A model generated the notes under the pieces. It searched no databases. It saw nothing but the letters and a program-made list of their open reading frames with translations, and had not been told where the DNA came from. A DNA stretch of 64,000 nt from a virus. Its lineage: Duplodnaviria; Caudoviricetes. Positions within the stretch are counted from its first letter, which is position 1. Every line of letters begins with the position of its first letter. A program made the position numbers and the translations under genes. Location of the stretch: positions 5,172-69,171 of IMG/VR virus record IMGVR_UViG_2932446441_000001; one strand, written 5' to 3'. Of the stretch, positions 56,905 to 64,000 are shown piece after piece.

Positions 56905-57044
56905 TGCTGGCCCTCGGCTTCCACGGTCTCGACGATGTCGAACGAGACATCGGCATCCTCGGTCGCTGCCAGGAACGCCCCTGCGGCCTCGCTTGCGGTG
57001 TCGGCCTCGCTGTAGACGGTAAGGGTCATGCGGTAGGTAGGCAT
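56901..57044 (-). CDS. Small acidic protein (probably leaderless)
   Basis: MPTYRMTLTVYSEADTASEA...; GTGA overlap. Confidence 0.55.
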   Translation of the reverse strand: MPTYRMTLTVYSEADTASEAAGAFLAATEDADVSFDIVETVEAEGQQ

Positions 57045-57045
57045 G

Positions 57046-57093
57046 AACTCAAGATAGCAAGTCAAGACTTGAAGTCAAGAGTGTGCGACAAGA
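57046..57093 (-). promoter_or_regulatory. Leftward promoter overlapped by four 13-bp-period repeats
   Basis: AACTCAAGA 57046, AAGTCAAGA 57059 and 57072, GCGACAAGA 57085; minus strand reads TTGACT-N16-TATCTT. Confidence 0.6.
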
Positions 57094-57198
57094 CTGGAGT
57101 GGAAGGTAGCGCATAACGTTCCCTGAAGCGCTGGCCATTGAGGGCGACGGCCCTCGATAACATGCCATATCGCGGGCGAAAAAACGGTACAATTAGAC

Positions 57199-57708
57199 AT
57201 GCCAGAAAGCCCTCTCGAACAACCCACTCAGTCCGCTGACGCGCTCTACACCGCACTCGGGCAACGCATCCGAGCGGCCCGCGAAGCGCGCGGCCTGAAC
57301 CAGTCCACTCTTGGGGCTGCGATCGGCATCGGACGATCCTCCGTGTCCAACGTCGAAGCTGGACGGCAGCACCTCGCCGTCCATCAACTCGTCGCAGCTG
57401 CGCAGGCTCTCGGCGTTGATCCGGGCGATCTGCTGACGGGCCCGCTGCCGGATATGACCCGGCCGTCTCCTCGGCCTGCCTCAATCGCCAGGCCGTTCTG
57501 GCTCCAGCGTGACCGTGACGTCACGGGAGCATCAGGAACCGGCGTCGTCGCACACGGCACGCTCTGGCCCGATGGCACCGCCTCTGTCCGCTGGACAGGC
57601 GAACGGCGCTCAACCGTCTTCTGGGATTCCATGGACGACGCGGAAGCCGTTCACGGGCACGGCGGCCATACCCGGATCATCTTCGCCGACGAGGGGGTCA
57701 ACGGATGA
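57199..57708 (+). CDS. XRE-family HTH protein with a C-terminal phage domain
   Basis: LGQRIRAAREARGLNQSTLGAAIGIGRSSVSNVEAG. Confidence 0.85.
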   Translation: MPESPLEQPTQSADALYTALGQRIRAAREARGLNQSTLGAAIGIGRSSVSNVEAGRQHLAVHQLVAAAQALGVDPGDLLTGPLPDMTRPSPRPASIARPFWLQRDRDVTGASGTGVVAHGTLWPDGTASVRWTGERRSTVFWDSMDDAEAVHGHGGHTRIIFADEGVNG

Positions 57709-57971
57709 GCACCCGCCCACCGCTGATAACTGATCACTGGTTCCGGCCTGGACCCGTGAACCCCGATGGCACAGACGGCTACTGGATCTGCGATCGCTGC
57801 GGCCAACACCGAGGCGACCACCTGCAAGTCGAAGGGCACTGGCTGAAGCCGCTGCATGCGTTCGTCCCTCAGGCGAACTTGCGGCCGTCGCACTGCCGGA
57901 CCTGCGGCAGGCATCACCGTCACACGACGCACACCCCATGGGCGTGGAAGCAGTTGGAGGTCACCGAATGA
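57705..57971 (+). CDS. Small Cys/His protein
   Basis: Two H.F....CxxCG....H repeats. Confidence 0.65.
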   Translation: MSTRPPLITDHWFRPGPVNPDGTDGYWICDRCGQHRGDHLQVEGHWLKPLHAFVPQANLRPSHCRTCGRHHRHTTHTPWAWKQLEVTE

Positions 57972-58987
57972 CCGACCTCGCGCCGCTCCAGCCGGACGCC
58001 ACCCCTGCCGTCCACGACGCCGCGACACTCGCCGTCCTGCACGCCATGGAAGAGGCAGCCGAGAAGCACCTCGACGCCATCCGCCCCCACAACACCAAAC
58101 GCAGCTACGCCAACGACTGGGCACTCTGGGAGGAGTTCCACGGGTGGCTCGCCGAACGCACTGGGCAGCCGCTGCCGTTGACCGCGGTCACCAAGGGCAC
58201 GCTCGTCGGGTTCGTCGTCTGGCTCGATACCATCAAACTCGCCGCACCCAACAGCATCGACCGCCGCATCACCGGCGTCACCGTCACCGCGCGGAACGAG
58301 CACGGCATCGAAGTCCCCAAGGCCGCCACAGTCGCTGCCCGGCAGGCCCTCAAGCCGCTGAAGAACGACCCCGAACGCATGGCGCGCGGCCGAGGCAAGG
58401 CTGCCGCCGCCACCCCCGAACAACTCCGGCAGATGAACGCCGCCGTCGCCGACGGACTCACCGGACTCCGCGACCGCGCCCTCTGGCTCACCGCCTTCTC
58501 CATCGCCGGACGCTCCGCCGAAGTCGCCGCCCTCCGTGCCGAGGCGATCGTCCACGTCAGTCAGGGCCTGGAGGTTCACGTCCCGGCCGTAAAGGGCCGC
58601 CCACCCCGGGACGTCGTTGTCCACGAAGGCAAGAACGTGGACACCTGCCCCGTCCGCGCCTGGCTCACCTGGCGCGCCGCCGCAGGCATCACGTCGGGGC
58701 CCGCCTTCCTGCCCATCACCGTCCACGGCCGCCTCGGCAACCGCGCCCTCTCACCCGAAGCCGTCCGCGAAATCATCGCCCGCAACGCCGAACGCGCCGG
58801 ACTGTCCGTCCGACTCACCGGCCACTCGATGCGGGCCGGATTCATCACCACCAGCCGCCGAGCCGGGAAGCGTGAAGAGAAGATCCGCGAGCAGTCCGGG
58901 CACGCCGAGAACAGCCCAGCCTTCTGGGGCTACATTCGGGAGGCCGACAAGTGGACAGACGCCGCGAGCGAGGACATCGGCCTCTGA
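57968..58987 (+). CDS. Tyrosine recombinase, Cre-like resolvase architecture
   Basis: NT.RSY...W core-binding domain; RDRAL...GRSAE; LTGHSMRAG; SGH; Y in WGYIR; no arm-binding domain. Confidence 0.88.
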   Translation: MTDLAPLQPDATPAVHDAATLAVLHAMEEAAEKHLDAIRPHNTKRSYANDWALWEEFHGWLAERTGQPLPLTAVTKGTLVGFVVWLDTIKLAAPNSIDRRITGVTVTARNEHGIEVPKAATVAARQALKPLKNDPERMARGRGKAAAATPEQLRQMNAAVADGLTGLRDRALWLTAFSIAGRSAEVAALRAEAIVHVSQGLEVHVPAVKGRPPRDVVVHEGKNVDTCPVRAWLTWRAAAGITSGPAFLPITVHGRLGNRALSPEAVREIIARNAERAGLSVRLTGHSMRAGFITTSRRAGKREEKIREQSGHAENSPAFWGYIREADKWTDAASEDIGL

Positions 58988-58995
58988 GCACGACA

Positions 58996-59027
58996 ACGCC
59001 CCCGCAGCGATCCAGCTGCGGGGGCGT
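58996..59027 (+). terminator. Hairpin terminator
   Basis: ACGCCCCCGCAGC-loop-GCTGCGGGGGCGT. Confidence 0.7.
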
Positions 59028-59395
59028 CCTGCTGTCCGGGGCTTAGCCCCAGGCGGTGTCGTCGCTCATGATGCCTCCCCATCGGTGCGGCCACGGTACG
59101 CGGAACACCACCGTCCTGTCAGGAGGTCGTGCCACACTGGCCGCAGGCCCCGCCGGGCTCCCCCGTCTCGGCGGGGCCTGTCACGTTTCGAGCAGCCGGG
59201 CCAGCCGGTCTCGTGCGGCAGCGGCGTCACCGTCTTCATCCGGCGCCTTCTCCAGTGCCCGCAGCGTGGCGCGGGCCTGGCCGCCGTTGAGGAGCAGGGT
59301 GTAGACAGCTTCGCCGTCGGCGAGCTCAACGAAGGCATCCTCGAATCTCTTCACGATCAGGGCAACGCTCTGCAGCGAGAGGAATCACGGCGGCC

Positions 59396-59734
59396 CTACC
59401 CCTCGAGGAACCCGAGCTCCGAGTCGGGCCGGCACGCCCCGCAGGCTTTGACCCCGTCGGCGAGCGCCCGCAGCGCCTCGTCCCGCCGTATGCCCCGGGT
59501 GCGCTTCCCCGCGTTCCAGCAGTCACCGACGTGCACCTGCACCGCCGGGCTGTCCCGGTTGAGGCCGAGCTCGATCAGCCAGTCGGGAGGCGCCGGCCGC
59601 CGCTCGATGCCGGTCTGCCGCTCCGCCTCCCGGGTCTCGGCCGCCGCGATGGCCCGCCGTACCTCGTCGAGGAGGAGTGCGAGGAACGTCTCCAGGGTGC
59701 GGAGGCGGGGCAGGTCGGGCGGCAGGTCGGGCAT
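59396..59734 (-). CDS. DUF6233-like protein
   Basis: PPDW.IE, VHVGDCW, ACGACRPDSELG. Confidence 0.8.
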   Translation of the reverse strand: MPDLPPDLPRLRTLETFLALLLDEVRRAIAAAETREAERQTGIERRPAPPDWLIELGLNRDSPAVQVHVGDCWNAGKRTRGIRRDEALRALADGVKACGACRPDSELGFLEG

Positions 59735-59773
59735 GTGTTCGATTCTATGGCTGTCGGTGGCGTCTGCCATCCT
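59727..59773. promoter_or_regulatory. Divergent DNA-damage-type promoters: LexA-box-like (minus) and PafBC-motif-like (plus)
   Basis: Minus strand TCGAAC-ACAT-GCCCGA (59727-42) next to TAGAAT; plus strand TGTCGG-N10-CATCCT (59752-73). Confidence 0.55.
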
Positions 59774-59779
59774 TGGGTC

Positions 59780-60037
59780 ATGGCGGACCGCGAACTGATG
59801 CCCATTGACTGGCTGCACCATCTGAGGAAGCGGACGGCGGAGCGAGACAACGAGATCGTGCACAACATGTTGCAGGTGCCGGACTATCCGCCGCTGCCTG
59901 AGTGCCCGACCTGCGAAATCGAGCCCGAAAAGATCACCAGGCGTGCAGCCGATCTTCCCCACGATGGGCTGCTCGTCGACTTCGCCCCGTGCGGCCACCG
60001 CTTCGAGGTCCCAGCGTCCGAGCTCCTGCGTGGCTGA
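59780..60037 (+). CDS. Zinc-ribbon hypothetical protein
   Basis: CPTC...PCGHRF; probably leaderless. Confidence 0.6.
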   Translation: MADRELMPIDWLHHLRKRTAERDNEIVHNMLQVPDYPPLPECPTCEIEPEKITRRAADLPHDGLLVDFAPCGHRFEVPASELLRG

Positions 60038-60230
60038 CGCTCCCGGCCGTTACCACCTCACCCTGACCCGCGACGGCCGCCCCGCCATGCACGGCTGGTG
60101 GGGGAGCGAGACGGTGGCCCGCGGCCGACTGCGCGGCTGGATCGGCGACTGGGGCGGGCCCGGCGCCCGCATCACCCTCGTCGATGAGGGCACCGGCGCG
60201 ACGTTGACGACCTGGCCGGACGAGGCGTGA
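60030..60230 (+). CDS. Small hypothetical protein
   Basis: RYHLTLT.DGRP.MHGWW...ITLVD...TWP. Confidence 0.65.
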   Translation: MADAPGRYHLTLTRDGRPAMHGWWGSETVARGRLRGWIGDWGGPGARITLVDEGTGATLTTWPDEA

Positions 60231-60250
60231 CCGTCTGTCATTCTGGCGGC

Positions 60251-60484
60251 ATGGATGAACGCCTCTCTGCGGCACTGTCCGCCATTCAGCGCGTCGAGGA
60301 AGTGCTCGACGTTCACGCCGACACCGAGTGGGCGCGGCGCCCGGAGACGCAGGAGATCCGGGACGCGATCGCCGACATTGACACGATGGACGGCGCCTGG
60401 GATCCCAGGGTCGGCGGCGAAGCGACCGCCGGCACCTACGTCCTGTCGACGCGGCGCCCCGGCGCTGTCAGTGGCCCCTCGTAG
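60251..60484 (+). CDS. Small hypothetical protein
   Basis: ORF with plausible composition. Confidence 0.45.
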   Translation: MDERLSAALSAIQRVEEVLDVHADTEWARRPETQEIRDAIADIDTMDGAWDPRVGGEATAGTYVLSTRRPGAVSGPS

Positions 60485-60668
60485 AGTGGCCGCATCATCC
60501 CGACGAGCAAGTCGGGTTTGCTCTGGCCCCGCCGCGGCGTGATGCACCGAGGCGGGGCTTGCTGCTGTCAGCCCTCGGCGGGTGCCCGAACCGCAGAAAT
60601 GCGGGTCCCTGGACCGCCCTGGCCGAGGGCCGCCATGCTGGTCGCCGACCACTCTGGGGAGGGACCGC

Positions 60669-61343
60669 ATGACGAGACAGCCCGGCGACGATGAATGCGC
60701 CCCGCTCACGCGCCGACTGGCCGAACTGCTGGAGCTACGAGGCCACGGCTGGAGCTACGACGAGATCGGCGCCGAGTACGGCCTGCAAGGGACCACGGTG
60801 CGCGCGTACCTCCGCCATGCACGCCTCCTCCTGGGCGCCGGCACTGCAGACGAGGCCATTCGGGACGCCGCCCGCCGGGGCATCATCGAGCTGGGCGGAC
60901 AGGGGCAGCTGCACCCGCGGCCCCAGGGTCCGCGCTGGGCCATCCCGGAACCTGCGTCGGTCGCGATTCGCTTCGTGGGCGGCCCGGCTGACGGCCGCAC
61001 TCTCGCAATCCCCGGCAGCGAACCGCCTCCGCTGTACCGGATCCCCATTACCCCGTCGATCGCCGAGTCGTCCATGGCCAGCCTGCTCAGTCCCGAGCCG
61101 TCGCGGGCGGCCGAATACGAGCCGCTTCGAGACGGCGGCCAGTTGCGCCGTGCAGACGACGGCGCCTACCTGTACGAGCATCGGGCCGCTCCGCTGAACC
61201 TGGAACAGCGGCGTTCGGTGGAACGCGCCCGTGAGGAGGCGGGGGCTGCGCGGCAGCAGCGGGACGCCGAGTTGGACGAGGCGTGGCGGCGGATCCGCGA
61301 AGAGCGCCCGCATTACCCCGCGGACTGGCGCGACCTGTCCTAG
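60669..61343 (+). CDS. LuxR-type HTH-containing protein
   Basis: LTRR..ELL.L...GWSYDEIG...GL...TVRAYL......LG. Confidence 0.7.
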   Translation: MTRQPGDDECAPLTRRLAELLELRGHGWSYDEIGAEYGLQGTTVRAYLRHARLLLGAGTADEAIRDAARRGIIELGGQGQLHPRPQGPRWAIPEPASVAIRFVGGPADGRTLAIPGSEPPPLYRIPITPSIAESSMASLLSPEPSRAAEYEPLRDGGQLRRADDGAYLYEHRAAPLNLEQRRSVERAREEAGAARQQRDAELDEAWRRIREERPHYPADWRDLS

Positions 61344-61537
61344 CCCTCCGCGTGCCGCACGGCCTTCTTGAGCGCCATCTCCACGGTGTACCGCGACAGC
61401 CCGGCCGCTTCGGCGTGCGCGGTGATGGCGTCCTGCACGGCGTTGGCGGTGGCGACGGTGAGCCGCCCGGCCTGATGCTCCTCCCAGGCGGCGCGCTCCA
61501 GGGCTATCAGGGCGTCGGGGAACTCGATGTCGCTCAC
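61340..61537 (-). CDS. Small hypothetical protein
   Basis: IEFPDALIALE...SRYTVEMALKKAVRH. Confidence 0.65.
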   Translation of the reverse strand: MSDIEFPDALIALERAAWEEHQAGRLTVATANAVQDAITAHAEAAGLSRYTVEMALKKAVRHAEG

Positions 61538-61601
61538 GAGCGGATCCTACGTGGCCAGATCCCGCCTTCCAACCTTGCATCACGTGCTGCATAGTTGTGG
61601 T

Positions 61602-61835
61602 GTGACAGACGAAAGACCGCCCGACCTTTGGACCATCGACGACGTCGCCGCCTATCTCGGCATCCTGCCGAGCAGCGCGCGCGGCGCCCTCTCACGCATG
61701 GGGGTGCGAGCCCACAGCTTCCGCCCCCACCCCCAGAGCCACCGGGCACAAGCTCTGTACGACCCCGAGCAGATCCGGGCCGCGAACGCCGAAAGGCCCG
61801 GACAAGGAGCCCGCACCGACAGGAGAGACACATGA
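61602..61835 (+). CDS. Small winged-HTH (Xis/MerR-like) protein
   Basis: WTIDDVAAYLGI...ARG.LSR, RPGQGARTD. Confidence 0.7.
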   Translation: MTDERPPDLWTIDDVAAYLGILPSSARGALSRMGVRAHSFRPHPQSHRAQALYDPEQIRAANAERPGQGARTDRRDT

Positions 61836-62026
61836 ACGTCGGCAACATCAGCCGCCCGGAGCGCCCGCACGAGACAACACCCACGCCCATCCTCAAGGGC
61901 GCCCTCGCTCGCGCAAGCCAGGACGCGCAGCGTTACGCCCAGACCGGGCCGAAGGCGCACGAGGATGTCTGCCACCTGCTGGCCGATGAGTACCTGGAGG
62001 AACTCGGGGAGAGGGGCGAACTGTGA
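61832..62026 (+). CDS. Small hypothetical protein
   Basis: AGGAG RBS; ATGA overlap. Confidence 0.6.
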   Translation: MNVGNISRPERPHETTPTPILKGALARASQDAQRYAQTGPKAHEDVCHLLADEYLEELGERGEL

Positions 62027-62406
62027 CGAGCTGGCACGCGAAGCCCCCGGTATGCAGGAACTGCGGCAAGGAGATCGCGAACAAGGGCCAGCCATCCATG
62101 GGCGGCAACCACGAGATCCTCTGGATGCACGTGCCGGGCGGAACGGTCTGTGACCCGCAGCAGGGAGCGGACAGCCAGCGTGCCGAACCCGCCGTCCAGG
62201 CGGGCGAGATCTGGTATTCGATGATGGGAGACGCCAACTACCTCGTTCTCAAGGACGGGCAACTGGGGGCCTACGCCATCGAGGTGGAAGAGTATCCGAC
62301 GTCAGGGCAGTGGCATCCCGTTCCGGGAGAGTCCAGGGGGTGGCTGACCATTCAACAGCTGACTCAGTACGGAGCTCTCGTGGGGCACCAAGAGCCCACT
62401 GTGTAG
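62023..62406 (+). CDS. Hypothetical protein
   Basis: CRNCG...W.H....C; followed by a hairpin. Confidence 0.6.
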   Translation: MTSWHAKPPVCRNCGKEIANKGQPSMGGNHEILWMHVPGGTVCDPQQGADSQRAEPAVQAGEIWYSMMGDANYLVLKDGQLGAYAIEVEEYPTSGQWHPVPGESRGWLTIQQLTQYGALVGHQEPTV

Positions 62407-62453
62407 ACACTCGGGAGGCGCCGCCCGAAGCCCCGCCATCGTGCGGGGCTTCG

Positions 62454-62624
62454 TCACGCGGCCTCGACGACGTCCCCGCGCTCCACCCGCCGCAGCTCCG
62501 CACACAGCCGCCCGTACTCCTCCCGCTGCTCCGCCGTCAACGGCACCGCCGGGTGCGACCACAGCGCGCGAATGAGCTCGTTCAGCTCGGCCGCAGACCG
62601 CGACGGCGGGGGAGTGGTGGGCAT
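62454..62624 (-). CDS. Small hypothetical protein (leaderless)
   Basis: RSAAELNELIRALW....LTAEQREEY. Confidence 0.65.
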   Translation of the reverse strand: MPTTPPPSRSAAELNELIRALWSHPAVPLTAEQREEYGRLCAELRRVERGDVVEAA

Positions 62625-62630
62625 GGCGAG

Positions 62631-62652
62631 ATCGTAGCCGCCGGGTCTGACA
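62631..62652 (-). promoter_or_regulatory. PafBC/RecA-NDp-like promoter motif
   Basis: Minus strand TGTCAG-N10-TACGAT, 6 nt before ATG 62624. Confidence 0.6.
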
Positions 62653-62657
62653 GCGGG

Positions 62658-63059
62658 CTATGAAACGGCGCCACCCAGCCGCTGCTGCTGGCCGCCCAGC
62701 CGGAACCCGTGAATGCTCACACCGGCCCGCTGGGCAACCGAGACGGCGTCATCCTTCGACAGAGGACTGCCCGCCGGCGAAACGAACAGCGGGCCCGCGT
62801 CGCGGTCTCCGATCAGCTCCCGCAGCATCCCAGCTGCCTGCTCACTGAAAGGCACGGTGCGGGGCTCGCGCTCGCGCTTCGGGAAGTCCACCGGTGCTGT
62901 ACGCGCTGCCAGGTCAACGTCTCGGACGTCCAGAGACAGCAGATCCCCCAGCCGCAGTTCGCCCTCTCGCAGCAGTGCCCACAGGGCGCGATGGAGGAGC
63001 GGGATCGACTCGTCGGCGATGAGGTGACGGTAGTCCTCTTCGTTGATGGCGTCAGACAT
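62658..63059 (-). CDS. Truncated tyrosine-recombinase catalytic domain (133 aa; possibly a pseudogene)
   Basis: RALWALL...LRLGDLLSLDV.DVDL, K, RTVPF, GPLF, IHGFR; ends before the catalytic Tyr. Confidence 0.7.
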   Translation of the reverse strand: MSDAINEEDYRHLIADESIPLLHRALWALLREGELRLGDLLSLDVRDVDLAARTAPVDFPKREREPRTVPFSEQAAGMLRELIGDRDAGPLFVSPAGSPLSKDDAVSVAQRAGVSIHGFRLGGQQQRLGGAVS

Positions 63060-63086
63060 GGGGTCAGTCTGCCCGAGCAGGGCGCG

Positions 63087-63353
63087 CTACGGGGCGGACT
63101 TCGGCGGCTGGCCGACGTAGGTGCCGCGCCCCTGCACCTTCCACACGACCTGCTCCTCGACGAGCACGTCAAGCGCGCGCCGCACCGTCGTCCGCGCGAT
63201 CCCGTACTCCTGCACGAGCCGCGTCTCGGACGCGATCGGCCGACCTTCCGCCCAGTCGCCGCGCGCGATCCGCGCCTTCAGGATCTCGGCGAGCTGCCGG
63301 TACGGCGTGACAGGACCCTCGTGGTCGATCTCTGCATCCGGATCTGTGGCCAT
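63087..63353 (-). CDS. GntR-family HTH regulator (HTH only)
   Basis: PYRQLA..L...I..G, SETRLVQEYGIARTTVRRAL..L, QGRGTYV. Confidence 0.9.
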   Translation of the reverse strand: MATDPDAEIDHEGPVTPYRQLAEILKARIARGDWAEGRPIASETRLVQEYGIARTTVRRALDVLVEEQVVWKVQGRGTYVGQPPKSAP

Positions 63354-63516
63354 GATCCGAAGCTAGGCAGCGCCCTACATGTCAGCATCTCCGGCTACGT
63401 ATCGATACGTCGCGAGACAGGCCGATACAAGTCGGGCTAGCCTGCAATTGCACGCAGGACCCCCGCGACCGCGGACACGGCCCGGGGGCATGGCCCACGC
63501 TGACAGGAGCGCAGGC

Positions 63517-63837
63517 ATGGACGAGGGTAGAGACCACCCAGCCACCGCGGGAAGCGGGCCGCCCATAGCCGGCGACCTTCCGCCCATCCAGCGGGCCTAC
63601 CGCAGGTACGTCACCCACTTCCTCAAGTGCTGGGGCTGCCGTGACCTCGACCGCCGCTGCGGCGAAGGCGAGCAGTTGTGGCGGGCCTACGAGGCGATCG
63701 GTGAGGCCACCGGGCGGCAGATGACCGCCAGCCGAGGCAGCGACTCGGGGGTCAACCGGACGGCGGGAGAAGCTCGGCCGGCGGCACCTCCAGCGCCCGG
63801 GCGAGGAGCAGCAGGTCCGCATAGCGCGGGTCGCTGA
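63517..63837 (+). CDS. Hypothetical protein
   Basis: QRAYRRYV.H...C..C.....C..G..LW; divergent from gntR. Confidence 0.45.
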   Translation: MDEGRDHPATAGSGPPIAGDLPPIQRAYRRYVTHFLKCWGCRDLDRRCGEGEQLWRAYEAIGEATGRQMTASRGSDSGVNRTAGEARPAAPPAPGRGAAGPHSAGR

Positions 63838-64000
63838 CGGCACGCTCGTACCGCTGGATGGTGCGCCGCTCGACTCCCATCCGGTCGGCTAACTGGTCCT
63901 GCGAGAGGCCGAGGGCGCGGCGGCGAGCGGCGATGCGGATGCCGAGAGCGAGCTGTTCTTGACGGACCCAGTCGGGGCGGGGGTTGCGGCGGGCTGGCAC
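63752..64000 (-). CDS. XRE-family HTH regulator
   Basis: LG.RIAARRRALGLSQDQLADRMGVERRTIQRYE. Confidence 0.88.
   Translation of the reverse strand: MPARRNPRPDWVRQEQLALGIRIAARRRALGLSQDQLADRMGVERRTIQRYERAVSDPRYADLLLLARALEVPPAELLPPSG

Larger units (their letters stand above)
1..64000. mobile_element. Temperate siphophage/prophage (possibly plasmid-phage) of Streptomyces type; boundaries not visible in the window
   Basis: Syntenic recombination, replication, terminase, portal, capsid, tail, tape measure and lysis modules; no recognisable host housekeeping genes; high GC. Confidence 0.95.

Noticed and set aside
1-64000. tRNA genes, att sites, IS elements
   Set aside because: None recognised by eye; tRNAscan and flanking sequence would be needed to exclude them.

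Overview
High-GC actinobacterial DNA, most likely Streptomyces, holding most of a temperate siphophage or prophage. Gene order: recombination/replication (RecE, HNH, RecT, C5 DNA methyltransferase, initiator with internal iterons, helicase; 1-13.2 kb); an accessory block (13.3-26.5 kb); packaging, head and tail genes with a -1 frameshifted tail chaperone (26.6-46.8 kb); an opposite-strand sugar-modification operon with two glycosyltransferases and an intein-containing epimerase (46.8-52.3 kb); a lysis cassette (52.5-55.6 kb); and a right arm with a Cre-like recombinase, HTH regulators and DNA-damage-type promoters. The most striking feature is a Streptomyces-type conjugation module inside an apparently intact virion-encoding phage. 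It comprises a TraB/FtsK-like translocase, Spd-like membrane proteins, a positionally mirror-symmetric clt-like repeat array right after traB, a divergent Kor-like repressor and two Nudix paralogues, with no replicon or integrase of its own. A 17-bp quasi-palindrome precedes terminase, portal and endolysin and also sits at the heads of two divergent operons. All calls come from reading motifs by eye; no database searches were run, and DUF assignments are from memory.
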